Source: a virus | DNA: 64,000 bases | IMG/VR virus record: IMGVR_UViG_3300008266_000037 | Span: 1-64,000 of that record | Strand: one strand, 5' to 3' | Shown here: positions 43,614 to 52,896 of the stretch, in pieces | Position numbering within the stretch: position 1 is the first letter of the stretch | Layout of the letters: each line of letters starts with the position of its first letter | The notes under the pieces: model-generated | The model's database searches: none | What the model was told of the DNA's origin: nothing | Seen by the model: only the letters and a program-made list of their open reading frames with translations | Program-made: the position numbers and the translations under genes

Positions 43614-44071
43614 CGCGTTGATTCCAAGTACGAGATTGCTTTCCGAAGCATCTCTGGATCGTCCTTCAGTTTTCCGATGGCGGTATTGCAGGGGCTACAC
43701 AGTATACCGCGTATCTTGCCGGTGGAATGACAGTGGTCAACCGCAAGTCGTCTTCCAGACGCACACTTCATAGTTCCGCAGATATTGCAACCGTTCTTCG
43801 CCATTTCTTCGTATTGCTCTACTGTCAGCCCATAGTCTCTGCGAAGGTTTCTAGCCCTGATTGCTTCGGGATTCCTTTTCTTGGGGGCTGTCTTTGCCTT
43901 ATACCGAACCGGCCTTCCGTCTTCAGTCCTTTTCTTTCGCCATCGCCGGGCGTACTCAGCCCTGCCCTCAAGCCACTCCTTCAGCTGGTCTGGAGAGAGG
44001 CTGGCCTTTCTGGCCGCCTTCCAGTTTCGCTGATATTCTGCTTCGTGTTCTTTGTTCGCCAAACCCATCAA
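43610..44071 (-). CDS. recombination endonuclease VII-family (HNH-like) homing nuclease
   Basis: Motif CNICG...LAVDHCHSTGKIRGILCSPCNTAIG. Confidence 0.7.
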   Translation of the reverse strand: MMGLANKEHEAEYQRNWKAARKASLSPDQLKEWLEGRAEYARRWRKKRTEDGRPVRYKAKTAPKKRNPEAIRARNLRRDYGLTVEQYEEMAKNGCNICGTMKCASGRRLAVDHCHSTGKIRGILCSPCNTAIGKLKDDPEMLRKAISYLESTR

Positions 44072-44301
44072 GAGATCACTTTCAGCGTACCCGCATCATT
44101 CCAAACGTCGCCTGCGCGAAGTCCGGTAGCGGAAGTGGGGAGCATTGAGAGGTTCATCGTTGTTCCGAGGATCTTGTGTCTTGCGTTGGTCTGACTTACA
44201 TACTGGTCAATCAGGCCGATAAACCGCGCCATGAACTCAGGGTCGTATTCAGCTGGTGCCGATGGTAGTCGGCTAGGCCCTTGGATTCTTGGTTCGGTCA
44301 T
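44068..44301 (-). CDS. hypothetical protein
   Basis: 77-aa ORF, coupled. Confidence 0.4.
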   Translation of the reverse strand: MTEPRIQGPSRLPSAPAEYDPEFMARFIGLIDQYVSQTNARHKILGTTMNLSMLPTSATGLRAGDVWNDAGTLKVIS

Positions 44302-46409
44302 CTTCTTCCGTCAGGTCTTACGTCAAAGCGCTGCTTACCAAGGCGCCATTTAACGCCAGTCTTTGTGTCAGACAGGACCTTGAGGGAGAACTGTCTCCCC
44401 CTCATCCTGACATCCATCTTCTCGGTCCACTCCTCCACCGGCAGAGCGGCGGTCCTTGTGGTGGTTCCTTCGTCTTCGGCCCCCCTAGGTCCACCCGGCC
44501 AGTTGCTTGGCGTGATGGAATAGGTAACCGAAGGGGACGATGCCGTGGACTCACCGAAGGTAATGTCCGGGATAATCCTCCTGACGAAACTAAAGTGTTC
44601 ACCATCTTCCAGTTCAATGGGAGAGCTTTCCACATAAGCCTCTAGGGCGGAGGTTGGGTTTGTTGAGCCGTCGTCCCAGCCAAACTCATGATAGTAGATG
44701 TAGCCATCAGGAGACGCGGCGATTGGGTAGTTGGTGATGCCAGCGTCAGACCAAGCGGTCCTTTCCATCGTTCCAAAATACCACACATTCTCGGCGTAGT
44801 TAAAGACGACGTATCTGTCGTTCTCAACACTTCCTGAGCTGGGGTAATCCCACCTCACTTCTCTAAACAACCTGTTGGAAGAGGCCGTAACCTTGAAGGC
44901 CTGATCGAGGTTGATATCGCCAAACACGTACTGGCGCACAGCGCAGGGCATAACCTGAACCCGCCCGTTGTAGATGAAGAAGTTTTCACGACCCATCCAG
45001 AAGACAGAGTCGTCAACAGACATGACCGTGTTGGGGCCGAGGATGTCGATGTTGGGGGATAGCAGCGTCAGGCTGAAGATCAGGTCTTCAACAAATCGCA
45101 GGGCACTCAAGGTCCCCTCTGTCCAGACCAGAATCTCTTGCCTTGATTTTGCTGCGCAGACAATCTCAGAACCAGACGAAAGCCGGATGAACCCAGCAGT
45201 TGCCGAGATGTCGGCGGGGTCCCAGTTCCCAAGATCTTCGTTGTCGCACCAGCGGATAAGCAGCGGGTCGAACAGCCCAGTGTTGGGGTCCGTGCAGCCG
45301 AAGGCAACAACCCTGCGGTCTTCCGGCGTCACGACAATGTAGTTGGCCGCAGTTGGCGCTTCAGCCGCTGTAGAAAGCAAACGGATGTTGTAGGCCCTGT
45401 CGGCCTCTGACGTGTCGTAAAAGTAGATGGCCCCGCCACGCGGGTTAATAACCAGATCCTCCCCGAAGGAGGCCACAGACCAAAGCCTGATCTGGTTTCC
45501 GAAGCCCGAGCTGGTGCTTTCGCCCCAGCCGCCAACGCCCCAGCCACCAGAGCCCCAACCGATAGAAGTGGTAAAGTTCGCTAGACCAATAGAGAGATAG
45601 TACTCAGCCGTGACGGCTGCGCCGCCACCCGTGGTGGTGGAGGTAGCCGCTGAAGAATGTGTAACCACGTATTCGTCAACCGACGTAACGCTGGTGACGG
45701 AGTACTCTCCGTCGATGGTGATTCCGCCAACAGCCGATGCACCGTCAAAGGTGACAAAGTCCCCAGCCTTACAGCCGTGGTTGACGTGGTTCACCACAAC
45801 ATCAGCGGACAGGTCTGTAGTCTCAAACGGGTTGTTGCCCATTGGAGAAGTGAACGGGCTGCTGTACAGGGCGGTGACAAGGGCGCCGCCACCAGTAACG
45901 GTGGACGAGGCTGCGGCAGGAAGGGTTACCGTGTAAGTGTCAACAGTGGGTGTTGACGCAATAACGAAGGTGTCGTTCAGTTGAGCAGCGGTCAGGCCGC
46001 CGGTGTCTTCGGCTCCAGCAAGAATAACCCTGTCGCCAACAGCCTGCCCATGAGCCCTGTGGGCCACAGTCATGGTTGTGCTGGCGTTGGTCACCGAAAG
46101 CGGGTTGGACCCCAGCGGGGCTGCCCTGAGAGGTGTCTTGTCTGCTAGTACCGCACCTGAGCTTTCGATGTAGTATTTGCTGTTGGTCCCGACCCCGATG
46201 TGCCTGACCCCCGAGAGGTCAACCCATTGGATCAGAGACCGGCAAACGCCATCGAACACCGATGTGGTTAGCTTAGTCCAGCCGCCGATCTTTTCCGGAA
46301 ACCCACCCCTGAACCTGACCTTGTCGGCAGCAAACCACACACCCTTGGTGGAGTAAGCAGTTCCGTCGTTGAACAGGCCCGGAGGTGGGCTAAAGGTGAA
46401 GAGGCTCAT
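44298..46409 (-). CDS. large tail/structural protein
   Basis: 703 aa with beta-rich, Thr/Ser/Gly-rich segments. Lies between the lysis cassette and the ejection proteins. Confidence 0.55.
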   Translation of the reverse strand: MSLFTFSPPPGLFNDGTAYSTKGVWFAADKVRFRGGFPEKIGGWTKLTTSVFDGVCRSLIQWVDLSGVRHIGVGTNSKYYIESSGAVLADKTPLRAAPLGSNPLSVTNASTTMTVAHRAHGQAVGDRVILAGAEDTGGLTAAQLNDTFVIASTPTVDTYTVTLPAAASSTVTGGGALVTALYSSPFTSPMGNNPFETTDLSADVVVNHVNHGCKAGDFVTFDGASAVGGITIDGEYSVTSVTSVDEYVVTHSSAATSTTTGGGAAVTAEYYLSIGLANFTTSIGWGSGGWGVGGWGESTSSGFGNQIRLWSVASFGEDLVINPRGGAIYFYDTSEADRAYNIRLLSTAAEAPTAANYIVVTPEDRRVVAFGCTDPNTGLFDPLLIRWCDNEDLGNWDPADISATAGFIRLSSGSEIVCAAKSRQEILVWTEGTLSALRFVEDLIFSLTLLSPNIDILGPNTVMSVDDSVFWMGRENFFIYNGRVQVMPCAVRQYVFGDINLDQAFKVTASSNRLFREVRWDYPSSGSVENDRYVVFNYAENVWYFGTMERTAWSDAGITNYPIAASPDGYIYYHEFGWDDGSTNPTSALEAYVESSPIELEDGEHFSFVRRIIPDITFGESTASSPSVTYSITPSNWPGGPRGAEDEGTTTRTAALPVEEWTEKMDVRMRGRQFSLKVLSDTKTGVKWRLGKQRFDVRPDGRR

Positions 46410-46702
46410 TCCAACTCAATGCAGGTCATCTTCGCTTTGATGGCATCAACCATGAAGTTGATGTCAGCGAGTCGACTCAGGGAGCTGCAAAGGACCATCC
46501 CACCCTCGTAGCTTTCCCCAATCAAAACAACGTTACGCAGCTTGCCGATCTGGTTCTCAAGAACCTCATCGGGCGGACAGAGTTGGGACTCATCCCTCGT
46601 GTCAACTCTAGTGATCTCAACCCAGCTATCTCCCGGTTGCTCACCAAAGAGGTGGACCACCTTGTCTTCAGGTTCTTCGCTCAAAACAATCTCCTGTACC
46701 AA
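46406..46702 (-). CDS. hypothetical protein
   Basis: 98-aa ORF. Confidence 0.4.
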   Translation of the reverse strand: MVQEIVLSEEPEDKVVHLFGEQPGDSWVEITRVDTRDESQLCPPDEVLENQIGKLRNVVLIGESYEGGMVLCSSLSRLADINFMVDAIKAKMTCIELE

Positions 46703-47031
46703 GGGAGGTCTAGCGCCCTTGCCCGCCTGTTATGATCTTCAATCAGATTGACCAAGACCCGATTCTTTCCTTCGCAGTCCAGCCTCGCCATGCTCTCTCT
46801 AAGAGAGTGGACCTGAGCATCAGTAAGAAGCTCAAGGATGTCTGCCATCTCGTCCTTAGGGGGGAGCTTAGTTCCCGGGCAGCCCTTCAGCTCTTCCGCT
46901 ACCGGGATCTCCCACGTCGTCAGGCGCACACTCTGGGCACAACCCGACAATCCCGCGACGCCAAGCATCATCACTCCTATGAGCACGAACAAGAGCCCCG
47001 TCGCTCCCAGAATCGTCCGGAGCAGCTGCAT
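46681..47031 (-). CDS. putative o-spanin (lipoprotein), overlapping i-spanin frame
   Basis: From the internal Met: MQLLRTILGATGLLFVLIGVMMLGVAGLSGC lipobox signal. Periplasmic domain carries further Cys. The ORF extends to 47088. Confidence 0.4.
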   Translation of the reverse strand: MQLLRTILGATGLLFVLIGVMMLGVAGLSGCAQSVRLTTWEIPVAEELKGCPGTKLPPKDEMADILELLTDAQVHSLRESMARLDCEGKNRVLVNLIEDHNRRARALDLPWYRRLF

Positions 47032-47281
47032 CGAGGACTTCAGAAACTGCTCTATCCACGCGCGTGCGTCGGCTAGAAACTTCTTCATGGTACTCTCCTA
47101 GGTCTTCCACCAACCCCTCCGAGAGCCCCTTCTCTTGGGTTGTTTCCGTGTGCTCTACACGTTCGTTGTTGAACCGGACCTCGAACCATTTCGCTCTCCA
47201 TCCAATACCACCAACAATCAGGATGAGCACAAGGAGCGCCCCCAGTCCGATCAGAAGGCGGTACTCCTTCAATGTTGACAC
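46868..47281 (-). CDS. putative i-spanin (N-terminal TM)
   Basis: GTG start. TM helix LLIGLGALLVLILIVGGIGW followed by a charged helical region. 3' part overlaps the o-spanin ORF in another frame. Confidence 0.35.
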   Translation of the reverse strand: MSTLKEYRLLIGLGALLVLILIVGGIGWRAKWFEVRFNNERVEHTETTQEKGLSEGLVEDLGEYHEEVSSRRTRVDRAVSEVLDAAAPDDSGSDGALVRAHRSDDAWRRGIVGLCPECAPDDVGDPGSGRAEGLPGN

Positions 47282-47425
47282 GCTCCATAAGGGGCGGCCT
47301 CCGCTGGCTGAGCCGTGTGAGAAAGGAAGGCGTAGATGATCTGCACGCGGCCCATGAAGTCCGACATTTCCTCACCCTCAGGAGAGGTCGCTGTAGCGGA
47401 CTGAACAGCCTCCATACGCAGAACA

Positions 47426-47815
47426 CTATCGGGGATCATCTGATGGTCCATCTGGTTCTTTCCGCTCATCTTCTTGGTTGTGGGTTTCTAGTTCGACTTC
47501 AGCCGCCCCCATTTGAAGGCTAACCTTCTTGATTACATTGGCGACAAGAAAGAAGGTGGCAAGAACGCCACCAATAACAATCCATGAGCCAACGCCTACA
47601 TACTTAAGCTGCTCACCCCTAAGCTCTTCCGGCCAATGAAGTGATAGAAGAGCCGCAAGTTGAGCGCCGTAAAGAACCAGCAAGACAGGTCCAGCAGCCC
47701 AAAGGGCCCAGACCTGAAACTTCGCATGGATGAAAATCCCCCGGACATTACGGTAAACAGACATCCATGTCTTGCTGATTAGTCCGGCCATATCTTGCTT
47801 GCCCTGAGAAGCCAT
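47426..47815 (-). CDS. holin candidate (2 TM)
   Basis: 129 aa. Two TM helices and a charged C-terminus. Immediately downstream of the endolysin. Confidence 0.5.
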   Translation of the reverse strand: MASQGKQDMAGLISKTWMSVYRNVRGIFIHAKFQVWALWAAGPVLLVLYGAQLAALLSLHWPEELRGEQLKYVGVGSWIVIGGVLATFFLVANVIKKVSLQMGAAEVELETHNQEDERKEPDGPSDDPR

Positions 47816-48405
47816 TGCTTCCTGTCCTCAAAGTTTGCCAAGGCCGGTCCGTTAACCAGTCTTGTCACGCCAGCAAGGTCTCCTTCATCAGCCTCGCTAT
47901 TGATGTTTCTGTAGTTCCAGTATTTGGCCGCAATGATGCCGGACTCTTTTGCTCGACCAGCTAGACCGGGCTCCTTAACCAGAGGAAGCCCAGACCACTT
48001 CTCAGCCGCCTCGTAGTTGTCCTTGCCTGTAAGCATAATCAGGCCGCGACCTCTATACTTATAACCATCTCCAGAGGCTTCGTCACCGTTTCCCAGACGA
48101 TTTGCGTACACCCGGTTTCCAATAGCGACCGGCCCCTTGCGGATAAGTTCTGCCGCGTCTGCCCGACCCCTGACCGAACGGAACATGTCGTCCAGCCTAG
48201 CCGGGTCCTTGTAGTTCAGGTTCTCAATGAGTCTGGTGAACCCTGAGCTTTCATGACCCAGCTGAGCAATGAAGTGCCTAAGGCGGCGAGGACTGTTGAT
48301 GTTAGCAATCGTTGTCGCGTTGGTCAGGCTTTCCGCCATCTCTTGAGCGCGATCTGGCCGAAGCCAGCGATTGAGTTTGATTAGCTGATCGGCGGTAACT
48401 CTCAC
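47779..48405 (-). CDS. endolysin, glycoside hydrolase family 19
   Basis: Motif FIAQLGHESSGF...GRGLIMLTGKDNY. Confidence 0.75.
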   Translation of the reverse strand: MRVTADQLIKLNRWLRPDRAQEMAESLTNATTIANINSPRRLRHFIAQLGHESSGFTRLIENLNYKDPARLDDMFRSVRGRADAAELIRKGPVAIGNRVYANRLGNGDEASGDGYKYRGRGLIMLTGKDNYEAAEKWSGLPLVKEPGLAGRAKESGIIAAKYWNYRNINSEADEGDLAGVTRLVNGPALANFEDRKQWLLRASKIWPD

Positions 48406-49511
48406 GCCGCTCTCCTTACATCTGCCCCGTCATCTGAATATTCAGAGCGAAGGGTTTTCATCGACACCGCATTCCAGTCTGTGATTTCCGAACCGCGAAG
48501 CGTCAGCTCCACTACTCCCCACCACCAGCCAGTCATGCTGTGCTTTGCGTAGTCCTCAACCTCCCCCCATGGAAGGGCGCACCCAGCCTCTACAACCATA
48601 ACAGAATCTCTAGGCCCAATCTTGGGGACCCTTGTTGTTGAGAACCTGTGTGTGTGACCGTGTACTAGGTCCGTAGTCAGTTCGTTGGCAGTTCTAGGGC
48701 CAGCCGTTTTACCGCTAATCGGCTTGCCCATCATCCCAATAGGCGCATGGGAAAAGGCCACTCCGTTGATGTAGAGAATCTCCCCAAACGGGGAAGTTCT
48801 CCAGCCGCCCTGCCTCCACAGCTGCTTCATCTGATCTGTCATCACCCCCCATGTTTCCGGGTTGGCGTTTTCGAAATCACACAGCCGCTGTTCGTGGTTG
48901 CCAAGGGTAACCCAGAGCTTCGGTTTCCAAGAGGGGTCTCTCCCGTCTTCCCAAGCCGCAAGGCTTTCCCTCAAGACATCCATGTCATCAGAGATCAGGG
49001 GCTTACTTCTTCCCCTGTATGTGTCGTTGCGTTCATGGCGTGAGCAGCTGTCCATAGACAGCCAGTCGCCCAACTGTACCACCCGAGGGAACTTGTGTTG
49101 AGAACCGTGACGGGCAATCCACCTCATCACTTCCAGTCTGTGGAGATTTCTTGGGCATTGATGAAGGTCCGGAATAACCAGAACCTTCTCTTCCTCGTCG
49201 TGGGTAAACTCAGCGGGCAGCGTTGGTCTAACGATTGCGCCGGGGTATCTGGCGGGTGATTGCTGGTATCTGGCCGGTCTCCACAGATCCCAGTCAGGCT
49301 TCAGGCCGTGGTGCTTCTCCGCTGCTTCAAGGCGGTGCCTGACGGCTCGGCTATCCTTGATGACTCCTTCAGAGATCATCTCCTCAGCCACAATCTCAAT
49401 GGCCGACTTACCGGGGCCGTAAGTGTCGGGCGGCTTTCCTCCTGATTGAAGGGAGGCCTCAATGCGCGCGATAAGTTTGCGTGCAACGCTTTCTGGTATG
49501 CTGGCCGCCAT
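48402..49511 (-). CDS. calcineurin-like metallophosphoesterase
   Basis: Motifs VIPDLHQ, QLGDW, LGNHE and VHGHTHR. ~110-aa N-terminal extension. Confidence 0.65.
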   Translation of the reverse strand: MAASIPESVARKLIARIEASLQSGGKPPDTYGPGKSAIEIVAEEMISEGVIKDSRAVRHRLEAAEKHHGLKPDWDLWRPARYQQSPARYPGAIVRPTLPAEFTHDEEEKVLVIPDLHQCPRNLHRLEVMRWIARHGSQHKFPRVVQLGDWLSMDSCSRHERNDTYRGRSKPLISDDMDVLRESLAAWEDGRDPSWKPKLWVTLGNHEQRLCDFENANPETWGVMTDQMKQLWRQGGWRTSPFGEILYINGVAFSHAPIGMMGKPISGKTAGPRTANELTTDLVHGHTHRFSTTRVPKIGPRDSVMVVEAGCALPWGEVEDYAKHSMTGWWWGVVELTLRGSEITDWNAVSMKTLRSEYSDDGADVRRAA

Positions 49512-49525
49512 TGGCCCTCCAGTGG

Positions 49526-49969
49526 TTAAGATATGTTCTCTAGGGTCGTAGAAACGTTGTTGGTTGTTTCTGAGATGCCCGTAGTTGTGTCTGTCACAAC
49601 ACAGCTAAACACGGCTGACCTGATCTCTCCGACAGCCATTCCGGTCGCACGAAAGACTGTGGTTGACGATGTCGGGGACACAATGGAGATTGTTGCGTCT
49701 CCAGACACATATGCCCACGCATAGGTGAAAGGCCCAACTCCACCAGTCGGTGTTGCTGTACAAAAAACGCTGTCTACTGTGGAGCTAAGAGCGGTTCCGT
49801 CTGCTGGGTTTGGGGCGGCTGACGCGGTAAAGCCTGTAAAGGCAAGAGACCAGCTCCCCCCGTTCCGTACCCAAATGTTTAGCACCGGAACCCAAGAGCC
49901 GGAGCTTTTGATGTATGGCTGAAGGACTGGAGAAAACGAACCACCGGTCTTGACATAAGTAGCAGGCAT
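49526..49969 (-). CDS. hypothetical tail-associated protein
   Basis: 147-aa beta-rich ORF. Confidence 0.45.
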   Translation of the reverse strand: MPATYVKTGGSFSPVLQPYIKSSGSWVPVLNIWVRNGGSWSLAFTGFTASAAPNPADGTALSSTVDSVFCTATPTGGVGPFTYAWAYVSGDATISIVSPTSSTTVFRATGMAVGEIRSAVFSCVVTDTTTGISETTNNVSTTLENIS

Positions 49970-51210
49970 CAGATCTGAAACCAGATGTCCCCGTTCGATC
50001 CCCCCGATGGGGACGATGCGGAAACCGTGATCACTCCCGAAGTATGCGCTGAAGACCCATGGCTTATGAAGGACCCTGCCCCACTTTTTGTAAGGGTCGT
50101 TGAAGCGCCAACGGTCGTGTTGCCAGTCACCGTGATTGCATCTCCTGTAGCGTTGCCAAGAGTGACCGCGCCATTGAAGGCGGCGGCGCCGTTAAAGGTG
50201 GCGGTTCCGGAGAAGGTAGAGGTCGTCGTGGTGAAGCCAGCGCTGAAGGTGGCAGCCCCGCCGAACGTGTTGGTTCCGTTGAAGGTGGCGTTGCCGGTAA
50301 AGGTGGAGGTCGAAACAACGCTGAGCGTGTCAGCCCCGGAATCGCCAATCACCACATTCCCAGTAAAGGTTGGGACGCCAGCGAAGGTGACCGGTCCATT
50401 GAAGGTGGATGTGGCGTTAACCGTTAGGGTGTCAGTCGCGTCGCTGCCAACGGTGGTGTTGCCGGAAAATGTGACCGCTCCGGAGACCGAAAGGGTGTTG
50501 TTGACCACAACGGGACTTGCTGCGGTTAGCGGACCGTTCGCTACAATATCCCCGGTAAAAGTCGAGACGCCGGTGAAGGCGCTGGTTCCGGTAACGGAAA
50601 AGTTACCGCCAACAGCTGTTGAGGTGGAGCTAACGGTGAGCCTGTCCGCCCCTCCGGTAACAACCGTAATGGTGTCCGTGGTAGATCTGCGGATGCCCGT
50701 GTTGGTGTCGGCGGAGAAGTTTATGGCCGGGGTTCCGACCGTTCCGTCGGTTAGGGACAGGGCACCCGTCATGGTCCCGCCAGCCAGCGGGAGAAGGGTA
50801 GAGATGTGGTTGACGGCCTCGGTCACATTTGTGGCGTCGCAGTACACCGCCATCTTTCTGCCGTTCGGAACCGACACGCCCGTGCCTGCGGCGGTAATGA
50901 CCGTGTGGGCAAATCCGCCAGAGGTGTTGTTCCAAACGATGTAGTGCTTTTCAGCGTTGGGAACGATGACGTTTCTAGACCCAGTGGAGGTCCCGGTCAG
51001 CTCAATGACTGCGTGCCTAGACTGATCGTCTGCGCCATTGTTAGCCGTCAACGTCACGTTAGAAGCGGTGACAGCAACCTGAGCCTTGCCAGCAATAGCG
51101 CTCTCGATGAGAACGCAGATGTTGGTGTCGGTGATTGCGCCCCACGTACCGGCTTGCTCGCCGTCACCAATGTCTGAAAGCCTGAGGCTGGGGGAATAGG
51201 TAGTAGGCAT
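49969..51210 (-). CDS. tail fibre-like protein with beta-helical TFTG/TFSG repeats
   Basis: 413 aa. C-terminal periodic repeats T(F/L)(T/S)G(N)xxF.G. Confidence 0.55.
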   Translation of the reverse strand: MPTTYSPSLRLSDIGDGEQAGTWGAITDTNICVLIESAIAGKAQVAVTASNVTLTANNGADDQSRHAVIELTGTSTGSRNVIVPNAEKHYIVWNNTSGGFAHTVITAAGTGVSVPNGRKMAVYCDATNVTEAVNHISTLLPLAGGTMTGALSLTDGTVGTPAINFSADTNTGIRRSTTDTITVVTGGADRLTVSSTSTAVGGNFSVTGTSAFTGVSTFTGDIVANGPLTAASPVVVNNTLSVSGAVTFSGNTTVGSDATDTLTVNATSTFNGPVTFAGVPTFTGNVVIGDSGADTLSVVSTSTFTGNATFNGTNTFGGAATFSAGFTTTTSTFSGTATFNGAAAFNGAVTLGNATGDAITVTGNTTVGASTTLTKSGAGSFISHGSSAHTSGVITVSASSPSGGSNGDIWFQI

Positions 51211-51218
51211 GATCTATC

Positions 51219-51842
51219 TCACAGCGCCAGAGGCGGCGCATTTCTCCATTCATCCGTGCGAACCTTGCCGTCACCAAGGCGCTTAGCCTGACCAATCGCT
51301 TCCATAAAGCGCTGTTCGTAAAGGCCCAGAAGGTCTGCCTCGCCTTTCATGTACGTGTAGGCTTCAACCAGAGTGCCATACAGAAGGGCTTCCTCGGCAT
51401 TGTCGCCAACCCATGTAGTACCGGCGTCAACGATGCTCTCCGGCTTCTTGGTGTACGTCAGTCTGGTTGTGTAGGCGGTTCCGGGGGTGGGGGCCACAAT
51501 GATGGTGGCGTTGTCGTATTGAGCGTAATAGCCGGGCTCGCCCTGAGCGGAGGTCGGATAAGCCTGACTCAGGAAGTCAAAATCCTTTGGCATCAAATGA
51601 ACCCAAGACCCACTGACCAAGATCTCCAGAGAGTCTGCCGAAACGAAATCGCTAGGCAGCGTCAGATCCCTGCTTGCCACAGTCATGGTGGGGGCGGCAG
51701 AATCCCGCAGGCCGGGGACCTTGACGTAACGGTAGATGCGCTCTTCAGCCAACTTCACAAAGTTAGGGATGTTGTCAACGAAGGACGTTTCCTCGTTCTC
51801 GGCATACTGCTGGGTCAAGGAAAGGAGAGTTGCGTAGTTCAT
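51219..51842 (-). CDS. tail structural protein
   Basis: 207-aa ORF. Confidence 0.5.
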   Translation of the reverse strand: MNYATLLSLTQQYAENEETSFVDNIPNFVKLAEERIYRYVKVPGLRDSAAPTMTVASRDLTLPSDFVSADSLEILVSGSWVHLMPKDFDFLSQAYPTSAQGEPGYYAQYDNATIIVAPTPGTAYTTRLTYTKKPESIVDAGTTWVGDNAEEALLYGTLVEAYTYMKGEADLLGLYEQRFMEAIGQAKRLGDGKVRTDEWRNAPPLAL

Positions 51843-52231
51843 GTGAGGATTGCTGACCCATCTTCTTGGGTTATTAGTTCGTCGTTTTCCGTCACAAGGA
51901 AATCCGTACTGATCGTGACAAGAAGCCTGTCTTCAAGGTCGTGGTCGTAAGAAAGGCTGTTGGTCATGAAGACCCCCATTCCGCCTACAGGCCCCCACCC
52001 AAACCCACTAGCCAGTTCCGCTTCAGACGGGTCTGGTCTCGCATTCGGAATGGGCGTTGGGTCTCCTCCCACAATCCTAGCAGGAAACCATTGGGGCTGA
52101 TCTTCATCCAGACACACTGAACACACCAGAGTGTTTGTGACCTTTCTAGCAACGACCTGCTTAACAAGAGAGTTGAGTTTGTATTCAAACCCACACCTGT
52201 CGCATAGGCCGATTGTGCGGAAGTTCTTCAT
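51839..52231 (-). CDS. hypothetical structural protein
   Basis: 130-aa ORF. Confidence 0.45.
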   Translation of the reverse strand: MKNFRTIGLCDRCGFEYKLNSLVKQVVARKVTNTLVCSVCLDEDQPQWFPARIVGGDPTPIPNARPDPSEAELASGFGWGPVGGMGVFMTNSLSYDHDLEDRLLVTISTDFLVTENDELITQEDGSAILT

Positions 52232-52896
52232 GACACATCCGGCAAGAAGAACACGGAAGAGCGGTCTCTGTCTTCGTCTGCCGCCAGCCTGAACTGCTCT
52301 TCATACTCCTGCTTCAGGAAGGGAACCCTCTGCATAGCGGCGGGCTTTTTGGTGGCGATGTGGTAAGCAAGCCCCGATACCAGCGCCGGGATAAACCGGT
52401 AGGGCATGTCGGCGGTGTTTGTCGCTGCTCCCGCATCATCCATGCGGGACAGGGCCCAGTACACCAGCGTGTAGTCCTGAGACGGAACAGGCCACACCTT
52501 GATTCTGGTAGTGTCTGTCAGGCGCTCAACATAGATCTGAACAGGCCTGCCGGTCATGTTCTTGTTAGTGATAGCGGCCCATTGGGACACACCGACACGC
52601 TCAATGCGGTAGTCAGTTTGGTTTGACCCGCTTCCAGTTCTGATGGCGTAGTCGATAAGGTCAACAATGTTGTTGATGTCGGCGGTGTTGTCTCCCGACG
52701 CCAGAGACACAGTGCCTTCGGTTATGGTCCAAAGATTAAGGCCCCTGTTCGCCCATTCAGCCATCAGGAAGTTAAAGGACCGAATGCCTGTTTTCAGGTC
52801 GTAACCAGACCTAAGCTCAAGGCCAGCTCTCTCATAAGCCTCCTCAAGAAGCTCAATGATGTTTGGGTTGAAGGTCGTCGTTCCGCTGGTGGTCAT
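52228..52896 (-). CDS. tail structural protein
   Basis: 222-aa ORF. Confidence 0.5.
   Translation of the reverse strand: MTTSGTTTFNPNIIELLEEAYERAGLELRSGYDLKTGIRSFNFLMAEWANRGLNLWTITEGTVSLASGDNTADINNIVDLIDYAIRTGSGSNQTDYRIERVGVSQWAAITNKNMTGRPVQIYVERLTDTTRIKVWPVPSQDYTLVYWALSRMDDAGAATNTADMPYRFIPALVSGLAYHIATKKPAAMQRVPFLKQEYEEQFRLAADEDRDRSSVFFLPDVS

Noticed and set aside
47085-47426. 113-aa minus-strand ORF between holin and spanins
   Set aside because: Arg/Pro/Cys-rich off-frame translation. It overlaps the i-spanin start region in another frame and has no RBS.
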